DNA from: a virus
Taxonomy: Duplodnaviria > Caudoviricetes
DNA: 64,000 nucleotides
Direction: 5' to 3' (one strand)
IMG/VR virus record: IMGVR_UViG_3300032327_000348
Location: 47,935 to 111,934 of that record
Part shown: piece by piece, positions 7,651 to 15,655 of the stretch
How positions within the stretch are numbered: position 1 is the stretch's first letter
Layout of the letters: every line of letters begins with the position of its first letter
The notes under the pieces: generated by a model
Database searches by the model: none
What the model saw: the letters and a program-made list of their open reading frames with translations, nothing else
Told to the model about the DNA's origin: nothing
Made by a program: the position numbers and the translations under genes

Positions 7651-10600
7651 CAATTGTATTTATTACTAAAATACTCTTTTAGCCAAGGCCAATCATAACT
7701 TAGTCGTAGTTTGTCTAAATCACCATTGAATGATTCATAGTATTCTACAGCATCTGTGGCACCATCGATACTATATTGGGCAAAGTCACCTATACCTACA
7801 GTTGACCATGTTTTCAATCTGTCTCTACTTACCGGGCTATCATCTAACTTTAGCTTAATTGCTTCACGGAAGCTAGTACGCCACGTACTAAATTCGTCAG
7901 TGTTGTATCTTGCAACACCGCTATTCAATTCAACAACTTCGTGTTCATTGTCCAACGTAAAGTCAAGACCTTTACCTATGTTACCCAATGTAATCTGTTT
8001 ATTGTATGCAATCATAGCTTGGTGACCATACACTAATCCATTGACAGGGTTACTTGCATAAAAAATATAATGCTTTGGTACTTGTAATCTATCTGGTTGC
8101 CAACTGAAATCAAACCTACTGTTGACTCGTAACTTAGCAAATACAGTAAACATCCAAGGTGTGTTACTTGCTTCTGCAGCCGCGTGATAGGCTTGTACAC
8201 GACCATTTACACCATCAACTCTAACAACTCTATTAGATAACCCCTTAGTCACGCTCAGTAAGTGTTCATAGTTCTCGTCAGCGCCGGTTTCACCGTTGCT
8301 TAGGAAGACTATATCCAGTGGCCGGGATGTTGCTAGTTTGTTAGATTTAGCAATGTATGGGTAATCATACAATTCATTGTTGACATATTCTTTGGCTTCT
8401 TTAGGTACAACAATACATGTTCCACCCGTACTAGTAATTAGTATGTTCTTAGATTCTTTTGACCATAAACTAATTGGTTCATTGTCAACAACTTTTATTT
8501 CTTTGTTGTCTGATGTAATGAATGTAGCATAAGGCCAATCAAAATCAGTATTAGTAACAGAGACATGTGTATCACTTTCAGTTATAAAGCTAGGAGCAGG
8601 TAAACGTTTTACTTGTTGATGTTGATTGAAGTTAATCTTATCGATATTTTCTAATGTATCTAAATCTTCAACCAATGTACGCAAACGGTTTACATTGATA
8701 AAGAATGTATCGCCGTATTTTTGTTTATCACTAGGGAATACATGCAGTTGTTCCAATGAGAACGGGTCACATATATAAGTGAAGTCAAAGTTAGTGTAGT
8801 CGCAGATAGAACTACACACCCAGATATAGTGATCTTTTTTAATACCCAACTCATACAGCATGTTCTTCAACGTAGACAAATAATCACCGTCATATTCAAT
8901 GGTGTAAACATTCTTCTTTGTTTTGTTTTCAAGCAATGATATGATATTATCTATGTTATCATTGCCATAGTCAATCAAGTACACATCATATATACAATTG
9001 CTTGCGAGTGCTCGTTTTGTTTTAACAAAATTGAGATTATTCAAATGTTCTATGATTTTTACATACTTTGTGTCTTCGGGGAACGATTCTTTATTAACTA
9101 AGAAAGTTGTACCCCAATGACTCCATTGAGTACCAAACACATGTACCATTTTTTGTTGCCATGGACTAGGGTAATAATCAAATGTAAAATCAGTATAATC
9201 TAGTTCACTGTTCAATATCCAACACAATTCTGTTTCAGATTTATTGATACAACGATTAATAGTATCAACCCAACTGTTTAAATACCTTGTCTTTTGAATC
9301 TTGGGATAACGTTTTTGTAATTCTTCAAAACGATATTTGCTTTCTATGTTGCTCTTATCAACAAAGAACATACTCAAGTTACTATCAACTTCAACTTTCT
9401 GATCCTCAACATAGTTAAACTCTCTATGACCCATCATGTATAGTGGTGCGTTAACATAGTAAGTTTGTGTGTTCTTACTATAGTCGTTGCCGAATACGTT
9501 AATGTGTCTAAAGTTTTCTTCGTTTGGTTTCCAATTAAAATCAAATTTATCATAATTCAAGTCAGGGTTGATAGCCCAGAATACTTCATCTTGATGTTGT
9601 AATATCAAATCTTCAAGTGTCGTTTTAATCTTGTAACGATTAACTACTGCCTTGCGGGTTTCTTCTGTTCGTTCCATGAACACAACTTCTGTTGCTCCGG
9701 GCACTGTGTATCTAGGACCGTTGTCAGCCCATTGATATATCTGAGGTGGACTGTGTGGGTTAGGTCTCCAACTAAAGTCAAATGTTTTTAAATCATCGTT
9801 GTTGTTTACTGTCCACAATGACATATCAATCTTAGGTATAGCAAGAGGATAGTCCATGTATTTTTTAATAGTGGCTCCGGGTACAATGTACTCTACTGTT
9901 GGTTCAGTCGCACTATCATTCCATTTGTTACCAAAGACATATATCATAGGTGGTTCATATAGATTAGGGTCAGGCCTCCATCTAAAATCAAAACTATTCA
10001 TATCAATAGGAATAACTATATTCCATCTGTCCCATTCAGGTGCCAAGTCAACAATATCCATATACTTGTACTCAGTTGCACCCGGTACATGATATTCAAT
10101 AGTGGGTTTTTGTTCTGCTGGATAAAATTTGTTACCCCATACATATATGTAGGGTGGACTTGTTGGGTCGGGTCTCCATGTAAAATCAAACTTAGTTCTA
10201 TCCACTGGTTGAATTTCTCGCCATCTATCTAATTCAGGTAATACTTCAACCAATTCACTCATATACTTGTACTCAGTTGCACCCGGTACATGATATTCAA
10301 TTGTAGATTGTAATTCTCCGGCAACATGTTTGTTACCCCATACATATATGTAGGGTGGCTCGTGTAAGTTAGGATCCGGTCTCCATGTAAAATCAAACTT
10401 ATTTCTATCCACTGGTTGAATCTCTTGCCATCTATCCCATTCTGGTTCTAAATCAACAATACCCATGTATTTTTTATCAGTGGCGCCCGGTACTGTATAT
10501 TCTAATGTAGGTTTAACTTCAGCAGGGTCATATTTGTTACCCCATACATATATGTAGGGTGGACTTGTTGGGTCGGGTCTCCATGTAAAATCAAACTTAT

Positions 10601-11555
10601 TTTTATCTATATCGCAATAAACAGTCCAATTATCAGATGGCTTGAGAGCAACATCTTGTGACATATGCTTGATGTTAGTCGCACCCGGAACGATATATTC
10701 TACTGTGGGTTTTAAATCACTACCATAATGTTTATTACCCCATTGATAGATATAATCAGGTTCTTTTGGATCGGGAATCCAACAATAGTCAAAATCAATA
10801 ACATCTTCATGTGTAACCCAATGTTCTGTAGTGGGCAATAATGTTAATAAGTTTGACATGTACTTACGTTCAGTAGCGCCCGGTACGTGATACTCTAATG
10901 TTGCTTGTGTCTCACCTGGAACATATTTGTTCCCCCACACATAGATATACGCAGGCTCACGTGGATCAGGTCTCCATGACATATCAAATTTGTTTTTATC
11001 AACTTTATAAAATTCGACCCAACATTCACTATTAGGTAACAATTCTACAACATGATTCATATACTTGATTTGCGTTGCATTAGGAGTATGATACTCTAAG
11101 CAAGTTTTTAATTGTACGGGTGCAAATTTACTACCCCACTTATAGATATAAGGTGGATCAGTTGGGTCAGGATGCCAACTAAAATCAAATTTAGCACTAT
11201 CAATTAAATCTAATTCTACCCAATGTTCTGTTTTAATATCTTTTCGTTTAACAATATCAACATCTGCACGATAGATAGTCAGTGGGTCATCGTTATCTGT
11301 GTTACACAACCAAGTGCCACTATCTTTTTGATGTTGACTTGGCCATACATTGTTATGTTCTTGTGCCCATACATCTTCGTCAGGCAAGAAATCAAAATCA
11401 AAATCCCAATCAAAATTTCGATAATCACATAATTCGTTAATTATCCAAAAATGTTCTGTAGTAGATTGACTTCTAGCATCAGTTAAATCAATTGCGTGTC
11501 GTTCTCTTGGGTGGACATTCGGTTTTTTACCGTAATAAAATACATCTCTTAACAT
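7650..11555 (-). CDS. 1301-aa repeat protein with degenerate glycosyltransferase-like domains
   Basis: Eight tandem W/P/Y-rich repeats, several FDF-x-W/Y-x-P domains, and a C-terminal domain paralogous to 25915..26868 (VDGVNG..AYHAAA, NGLVYG, WRTSFRE). Confidence 0.8.
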   Translation of the reverse strand: MLRDVFYYGKKPNVHPRERHAIDLTDARSQSTTEHFWIINELCDYRNFDWDFDFDFLPDEDVWAQEHNNVWPSQHQKDSGTWLCNTDNDDPLTIYRADVDIVKRKDIKTEHWVELDLIDSAKFDFSWHPDPTDPPYIYKWGSKFAPVQLKTCLEYHTPNATQIKYMNHVVELLPNSECWVEFYKVDKNKFDMSWRPDPREPAYIYVWGNKYVPGETQATLEYHVPGATERKYMSNLLTLLPTTEHWVTHEDVIDFDYCWIPDPKEPDYIYQWGNKHYGSDLKPTVEYIVPGATNIKHMSQDVALKPSDNWTVYCDIDKNKFDFTWRPDPTSPPYIYVWGNKYDPAEVKPTLEYTVPGATDKKYMGIVDLEPEWDRWQEIQPVDRNKFDFTWRPDPNLHEPPYIYVWGNKHVAGELQSTIEYHVPGATEYKYMSELVEVLPELDRWREIQPVDRTKFDFTWRPDPTSPPYIYVWGNKFYPAEQKPTIEYHVPGATEYKYMDIVDLAPEWDRWNIVIPIDMNSFDFRWRPDPNLYEPPMIYVFGNKWNDSATEPTVEYIVPGATIKKYMDYPLAIPKIDMSLWTVNNNDDLKTFDFSWRPNPHSPPQIYQWADNGPRYTVPGATEVVFMERTEETRKAVVNRYKIKTTLEDLILQHQDEVFWAINPDLNYDKFDFNWKPNEENFRHINVFGNDYSKNTQTYYVNAPLYMMGHREFNYVEDQKVEVDSNLSMFFVDKSNIESKYRFEELQKRYPKIQKTRYLNSWVDTINRCINKSETELCWILNSELDYTDFTFDYYPSPWQQKMVHVFGTQWSHWGTTFLVNKESFPEDTKYVKIIEHLNNLNFVKTKRALASNCIYDVYLIDYGNDNIDNIISLLENKTKKNVYTIEYDGDYLSTLKNMLYELGIKKDHYIWVCSSICDYTNFDFTYICDPFSLEQLHVFPSDKQKYGDTFFINVNRLRTLVEDLDTLENIDKINFNQHQQVKRLPAPSFITESDTHVSVTNTDFDWPYATFITSDNKEIKVVDNEPISLWSKESKNILITSTGGTCIVVPKEAKEYVNNELYDYPYIAKSNKLATSRPLDIVFLSNGETGADENYEHLLSVTKGLSNRVVRVDGVNGRVQAYHAAAEASNTPWMFTVFAKLRVNSRFDFSWQPDRLQVPKHYIFYASNPVNGLVYGHQAMIAYNKQITLGNIGKGLDFTLDNEHEVVELNSGVARYNTDEFSTWRTSFREAIKLKLDDSPVSRDRLKTWSTVGIGDFAQYSIDGATDAVEYYESFNGDLDKLRLSYDWPWLKEYFSNKYN
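7657..7662 (-). promoter_or_regulatory. Late-type promoter motif TAAATA upstream of the tmRNA
   Basis: Lies in the last codons of the 1301-aa gene, just before the acceptor piece. Confidence 0.55.
9675..11225 (-). repeat. Eight in-frame tandem repeats of about 65-69 aa, last one truncated (FDFxWRPDP..PYIYVWGNK..PTxEYxVPGAT..KYM)
   Basis: Exact DNA copies: 68 nt at 10127-10194 = 10532-10599; 42 nt at 10059-10100 = 10260-10301. Confidence 0.92.
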
Positions 11556-11565
11556 AGATACTTAC

Positions 11566-13071
11566 TTATGATATAACTTTAACATTATACATTAATTCAA
11601 AGCGATCGGCATCTTTTCGGTTATTTACCATTGGCTCACCGCGGATGTTTAGGCTAGTGTTCAATAACATTGGACATCCTGTCATGATATACCATTTTTC
11701 AAGGAGTTCTCGTATTCCACTTCCATCTGACGGCACTGTCTGGACACGACTAGTCCCGTCGTGATGAACAATAGCAGGAAATAAGTCAGGTACCCTACAA
11801 CGGGCGATTGACTGCATATACCTGCTGTTACTGAAACCATGAGGCATATCAAAATACATATCAGCATACTCCTCCAGAATGACTGGCGCAAATGGTCTAA
11901 ATTTTTGTCTTCGTTTAATTTCATTTACTTTGTCCTTGATTTCTGTTCCTCTAGGGTCTGCAAGTAGGCTTCTATTTCCCAAGGCTCTTGGTCCAAACTC
12001 GGCTCGGCCATTGGCTACACCCACTATTTTATCGGATATTAATATATCAAGTAAATTGTTTACGGGATATTTACCATCTATGTTATATCCTAGGTATGCA
12101 TTACTCCATTCTACTTTATACCCATATCCTAAACAGGCTGCTCCAAGACTAGAACCAGCATCGCCGGGATTAGGCATGATCCATATATTATCAAAATAAT
12201 TACCTAATAATCTATTCGCTAAACAATTTAACGCAACACCGCCACCGTATACTAAGTTCTTACTACTACCTAACATTCGTGCTTTGCTAATAACATTTTT
12301 AATAAGTTCTTCAGCAATCAGTTGTGCGCTACAGGCAATGTCCATATTATCAGCACCCTCAATGAAATCATCAGGTACTCCTATGTGTAAATTGTTTCTA
12401 AAAGTAATATCTTTATATGATTTTACTAATGTGTCAGACATTTCTTTTAATTCTTTTGATAGATTAGATTTGCCGTATGCTGCCATACCCATCAGTATGT
12501 ATTCTTCATCCAACGGTTTTAGTCCCACTCTTTGTGTCATAGCACTATAAAATAAACCAATGCTATGTGGATATGTTTGTCCCCACAATTTTTTATATTG
12601 TGCCAAGCCGTTCTTATCGTACCACGCATCATAAATGCTAATGGTATCAAATTCACCAATAGCATCAATAACAACCACCGTGGCATCATCATGAGGACTT
12701 GTTTGAAACCCTGCTGCCGCGTGACTTAAGTGATGGTTGTGTGTATGAACTTTGCCACCACGACCATCTTGAAGATGATGTAATAATCTAGTACCAATTA
12801 ATTCTTTAACAGACAAATTAGATAATTTAGGCTTTTCACCTGAACGCACTTGTCGTAAAAATTTCATCCACGGGCGTTCATAGTAATGTATTTCTACGTC
12901 ACGTGATGTGAGGTATGATATAGCATCTTCTATTAAACCATAGCATAGGTATTTGTTATGTTTGCTTTTACTGTACCGTTCGCTATGACCAGCAAATAAT
13001 ATATTACCATTGTCATCGAGTACGCTCAATGCGGCATCATGGAAGCCGCATGATATTCCAATATAGTTCAT
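11566..13071 (-). CDS. Carbamoyltransferase, NodU/CmcH/TobZ family
   Basis: HDAA..ERYS, HHLSHAAAGF, DAIGE, GGVALNC, PGDAG, EFGPRALGNRS, FRPFAP, DGTSRVQTV, LNTSLN. Confidence 0.95.
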   Translation of the reverse strand: MNYIGISCGFHDAALSVLDDNGNILFAGHSERYSKSKHNKYLCYGLIEDAISYLTSRDVEIHYYERPWMKFLRQVRSGEKPKLSNLSVKELIGTRLLHHLQDGRGGKVHTHNHHLSHAAAGFQTSPHDDATVVVIDAIGEFDTISIYDAWYDKNGLAQYKKLWGQTYPHSIGLFYSAMTQRVGLKPLDEEYILMGMAAYGKSNLSKELKEMSDTLVKSYKDITFRNNLHIGVPDDFIEGADNMDIACSAQLIAEELIKNVISKARMLGSSKNLVYGGGVALNCLANRLLGNYFDNIWIMPNPGDAGSSLGAACLGYGYKVEWSNAYLGYNIDGKYPVNNLLDILISDKIVGVANGRAEFGPRALGNRSLLADPRGTEIKDKVNEIKRRQKFRPFAPVILEEYADMYFDMPHGFSNSRYMQSIARCRVPDLFPAIVHHDGTSRVQTVPSDGSGIRELLEKWYIMTGCPMLLNTSLNIRGEPMVNNRKDADRFELMYNVKVIS

Positions 13072-13073
13072 GC

Positions 13074-13175
13074 TTACTTGTAGATAAACGGATCTCGTTT
13101 TTTAAGTTCTTTAAGACGCTTGCGATAATAAATTTCCATTCGAATTTTATTTATTAAATTTTTAATCCATTTCAT
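13074..13175 (-). CDS. 33-aa basic peptide MKWIKNLINKIRMEIYYRKRLKELKKRDPFIYK
   Basis: Hand-translated. AAGGAG RBS; fills the gap between a radical SAM gene and the carbamoyltransferase. Confidence 0.8.
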   Translation of the reverse strand: MKWIKNLINKIRMEIYYRKRLKELKKRDPFIYK

Positions 13176-13184
13176 ACTAACTCC

Positions 13185-14525
13185 TTATTGTGTTTTACAT
13201 TCATCGTAGAATTTTGCTAGTTCAGGAAACGTATTAACAAAATTCAAATTTCGCTTGCTATCAAAGTCATCAAACCATGTAGCAAATCTTTGTTTAAGCA
13301 TAGTATTGTCATTCTTATTGAATCTAATGCCATCACGTAGTTTAATTAAAAAATCAGTATAACCGGGCCATGTGCCAAATTTGTCACTAACATCTGGCAT
13401 ATCTACTGATATACTTTGCATCCAATCAATTGCAGGATCTAAGTAGTCAGCAAATTCAAAAGGAAGTATGAACGGTGATTGAACGTCGGGATGTGTCACT
13501 ATATTTTGTTTAAGCATAACTGCTTTGTTATGTGTCTTAGATAAATCATAGACCCACTTGAGAAACTTAGGGAATCTTGGTATGGCCAACGCAGTGACGC
13601 TTGGTAAGAATGCCAATTCAATATCAGCCTTACTAGCAAATAATTTATTTACATTACTTTCAAAACGATTCCACTCTAATCCATTGCGAATATATTCAGC
13701 TTGGTCATTCAATGCTTCCATACTAATGTGAACTTCTAATATGAACTTTTCTGACAGTTTAGGAATGTATTCTAAAAACTTGTTATAGTAATTGTTTGTG
13801 GCATTTAGATTAGTAACCACCCAGATTCTAGTTTTAGGAACTTCTTTGTCAGCGTATACTTCTAACAACTTGTCTAGAAAATCATAGAACTCAGGTGTAA
13901 TTAGTGGTTCGCCCCCAATTATACCTATTCTGTCTAATGAATGTTTTGCCTTAGTATTGACCCATTCCCAAAATAAATTAATGAATCTTTCATTGGGATT
14001 TGATTGTACTTGCTTGTATATTTCTATATTGATAGAGTTGTTCTTCAAACTTTCAGCAGCCCATTGACTACTGTATACGTGATTGCAATACATACACTTC
14101 ATGTCACAAGTGTTGCCTAGACTTACTTCAAGCATGAATGGATTGTTGCTTTCTAGTATTTTACTGTCTATCGTTACTTGATTAGCAATCTCTATAAGTG
14201 TAGGAGGGGTGAATTCCTGAAACATCTGATGTTTGTTGGCATAATCTATAAACCCATATGGATTGTTACCCCTTAAACTCTTTGCTCCTGCTTGTTCAAG
14301 GCTCCAACAGCTTTTACAATCAGAATGTTGTACGCCTTGAAGCATTTCCATTCTTCGTTTCTTCTGATAATCAGTATTTAGAAAAATGTCTGTTCCATAC
14401 TCATCCATCATTCCATCATTGATAGTTTGAAAGGGTGTCTTACAACAAGTGCGAATTTCATTTCGAGACAGGCTAAAGTTAGGGTACCCCCAACGCAGGT
14501 GACATACGGTATCTTCATTATTCAT
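13185..14525 (-). CDS. Radical SAM enzyme with N-terminal Twitch/SPASM-like Fe-S domain
   Basis: CDMKCMYC, GGEP, N-terminal C..CC..CxxCW. Start moved to ATG 14525 because TTG 14543 lies upstream of the TAAATA motif. Confidence 0.92.
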   Translation of the reverse strand: MNNEDTVCHLRWGYPNFSLSRNEIRTCCKTPFQTINDGMMDEYGTDIFLNTDYQKKRRMEMLQGVQHSDCKSCWSLEQAGAKSLRGNNPYGFIDYANKHQMFQEFTPPTLIEIANQVTIDSKILESNNPFMLEVSLGNTCDMKCMYCNHVYSSQWAAESLKNNSINIEIYKQVQSNPNERFINLFWEWVNTKAKHSLDRIGIIGGEPLITPEFYDFLDKLLEVYADKEVPKTRIWVVTNLNATNNYYNKFLEYIPKLSEKFILEVHISMEALNDQAEYIRNGLEWNRFESNVNKLFASKADIELAFLPSVTALAIPRFPKFLKWVYDLSKTHNKAVMLKQNIVTHPDVQSPFILPFEFADYLDPAIDWMQSISVDMPDVSDKFGTWPGYTDFLIKLRDGIRFNKNDNTMLKQRFATWFDDFDSKRNLNFVNTFPELAKFYDECKTQ

Positions 14526-14530
14526 AATTG

Positions 14531-14593
14531 TATTTAGTAACATGTTTTTGTAAAATTTATTAATTTATGACTGAAAACAGCCCCTGATAAATA
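14531..14593. promoter_or_regulatory. Divergent late-type promoter motifs (TAAATA at 14531-14536 minus; 14588-14593 plus)
   Basis: One motif sits immediately upstream of each of the two divergent radical SAM genes. Confidence 0.65.
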
Positions 14594-14608
14594 CCATATA
14601 AAGGATTT

Positions 14609-15655
14609 GTGATGGAGATAACACCTGGAAAACCCATAAGAACATATGGCGTGAACGGATCATGGAGAGATTGGTCAACTGACGAACTAGTTGGAGCAAA
14701 ATTAAACTACTTAACTGATTGGAAGTGTGGGGCCGGCGTCGATAGTTTATTCATCGATATGGATGGTGGTGTTTGGACTGCCAGTTGCAGAGTGGGAGGT
14801 AAGTTGGGTAGTGTTTGGGATGATTTTAGTGTACCTGAAGATTGGATTAATTGTACTAAAAATGTCTGTAGTTGCGGTGCTGACTTGTTCATCCCAAAAA
14901 CAAGTACACTAGAATACAAACCCTTATTGCGTAAGGGTCAAGATTTACCTACCCAGCACGAATTACGAAATGATGAATTAACAGAATTTGTTGGTATGGA
15001 GCGCACTCATGCTAGTACACAAAAACAAGTGTACTGGGAAATAGGTCGTAGATGTAATTACGATTGTAGTTATTGCTGGCCCTGGATTCATAATAATACC
15101 GACCCACACAAGCCACTAGAAGATTTAATGAGGGCTACTCATTTGATTGAAACTAAATTCACCAAAGGTGAGAGTGTTAATTTCATTATTAGTGGTGGAG
15201 AACCAACCGTCAATAAAGATTTCTTAGATTGGTTACGATACTTAAATGCATGTGGACACCATGTGAGTTTACATAGCAACGGCTCACGATTACCTGACTA
15301 TTACAAAGAGATTATTCATTATGGTGATTTGAACCTTAGTGTTCACTACGAGTTTTATGACCGTGCTAAATTTGTCAAGGTCGTTGAAGCAATTGCTAAA
15401 GAAAAATCTGAACACGGTGATTGTGGTCACTTAGAAGTTAAGTTCATGATGGCTCCGCATAATCGTGAGGAAACATTAAGTTTGGAAGCAGAATTAAAAG
15501 AATTGCCATTTTTCAAAGAATACTGTACATGGGCTATTGTTCCTATTCGCGGTGATTTGAATAACAAGACTAGTGCCCCTAATACAGGGTCGGGAAGTGA
15601 AGTCATGATTGGTTACACTAAAGAAGATTATATTTTGTTTGGGGATAGAAAATAA
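14609..15655 (+). CDS. Radical SAM enzyme, auxiliary Cys-rich domain N-terminal to the core
   Basis: CNYDCSYC, SGGEPT, SNGSR; N-terminal WKC..G...C.VGG.LG...C..NVCSC. Confidence 0.9.
   Translation: MMEITPGKPIRTYGVNGSWRDWSTDELVGAKLNYLTDWKCGAGVDSLFIDMDGGVWTASCRVGGKLGSVWDDFSVPEDWINCTKNVCSCGADLFIPKTSTLEYKPLLRKGQDLPTQHELRNDELTEFVGMERTHASTQKQVYWEIGRRCNYDCSYCWPWIHNNTDPHKPLEDLMRATHLIETKFTKGESVNFIISGGEPTVNKDFLDWLRYLNACGHHVSLHSNGSRLPDYYKEIIHYGDLNLSVHYEFYDRAKFVKVVEAIAKEKSEHGDCGHLEVKFMMAPHNREETLSLEAELKELPFFKEYCTWAIVPIRGDLNNKTSAPNTGSGSEVMIGYTKEDYILFGDRK

Noticed and set aside
7500-7682. 60-aa plus-strand ORF
   Set aside because: Antisense to the tmRNA acceptor piece and spacer; the RNA structure explains the sequence.
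9675-11225. CRISPR array or diversity-generating retroelement repeats
   Set aside because: The repeats are in-frame protein repeats without unique spacers. No cas or reverse transcriptase gene is in the window and no adenine-specific mismatch pattern was noticed.
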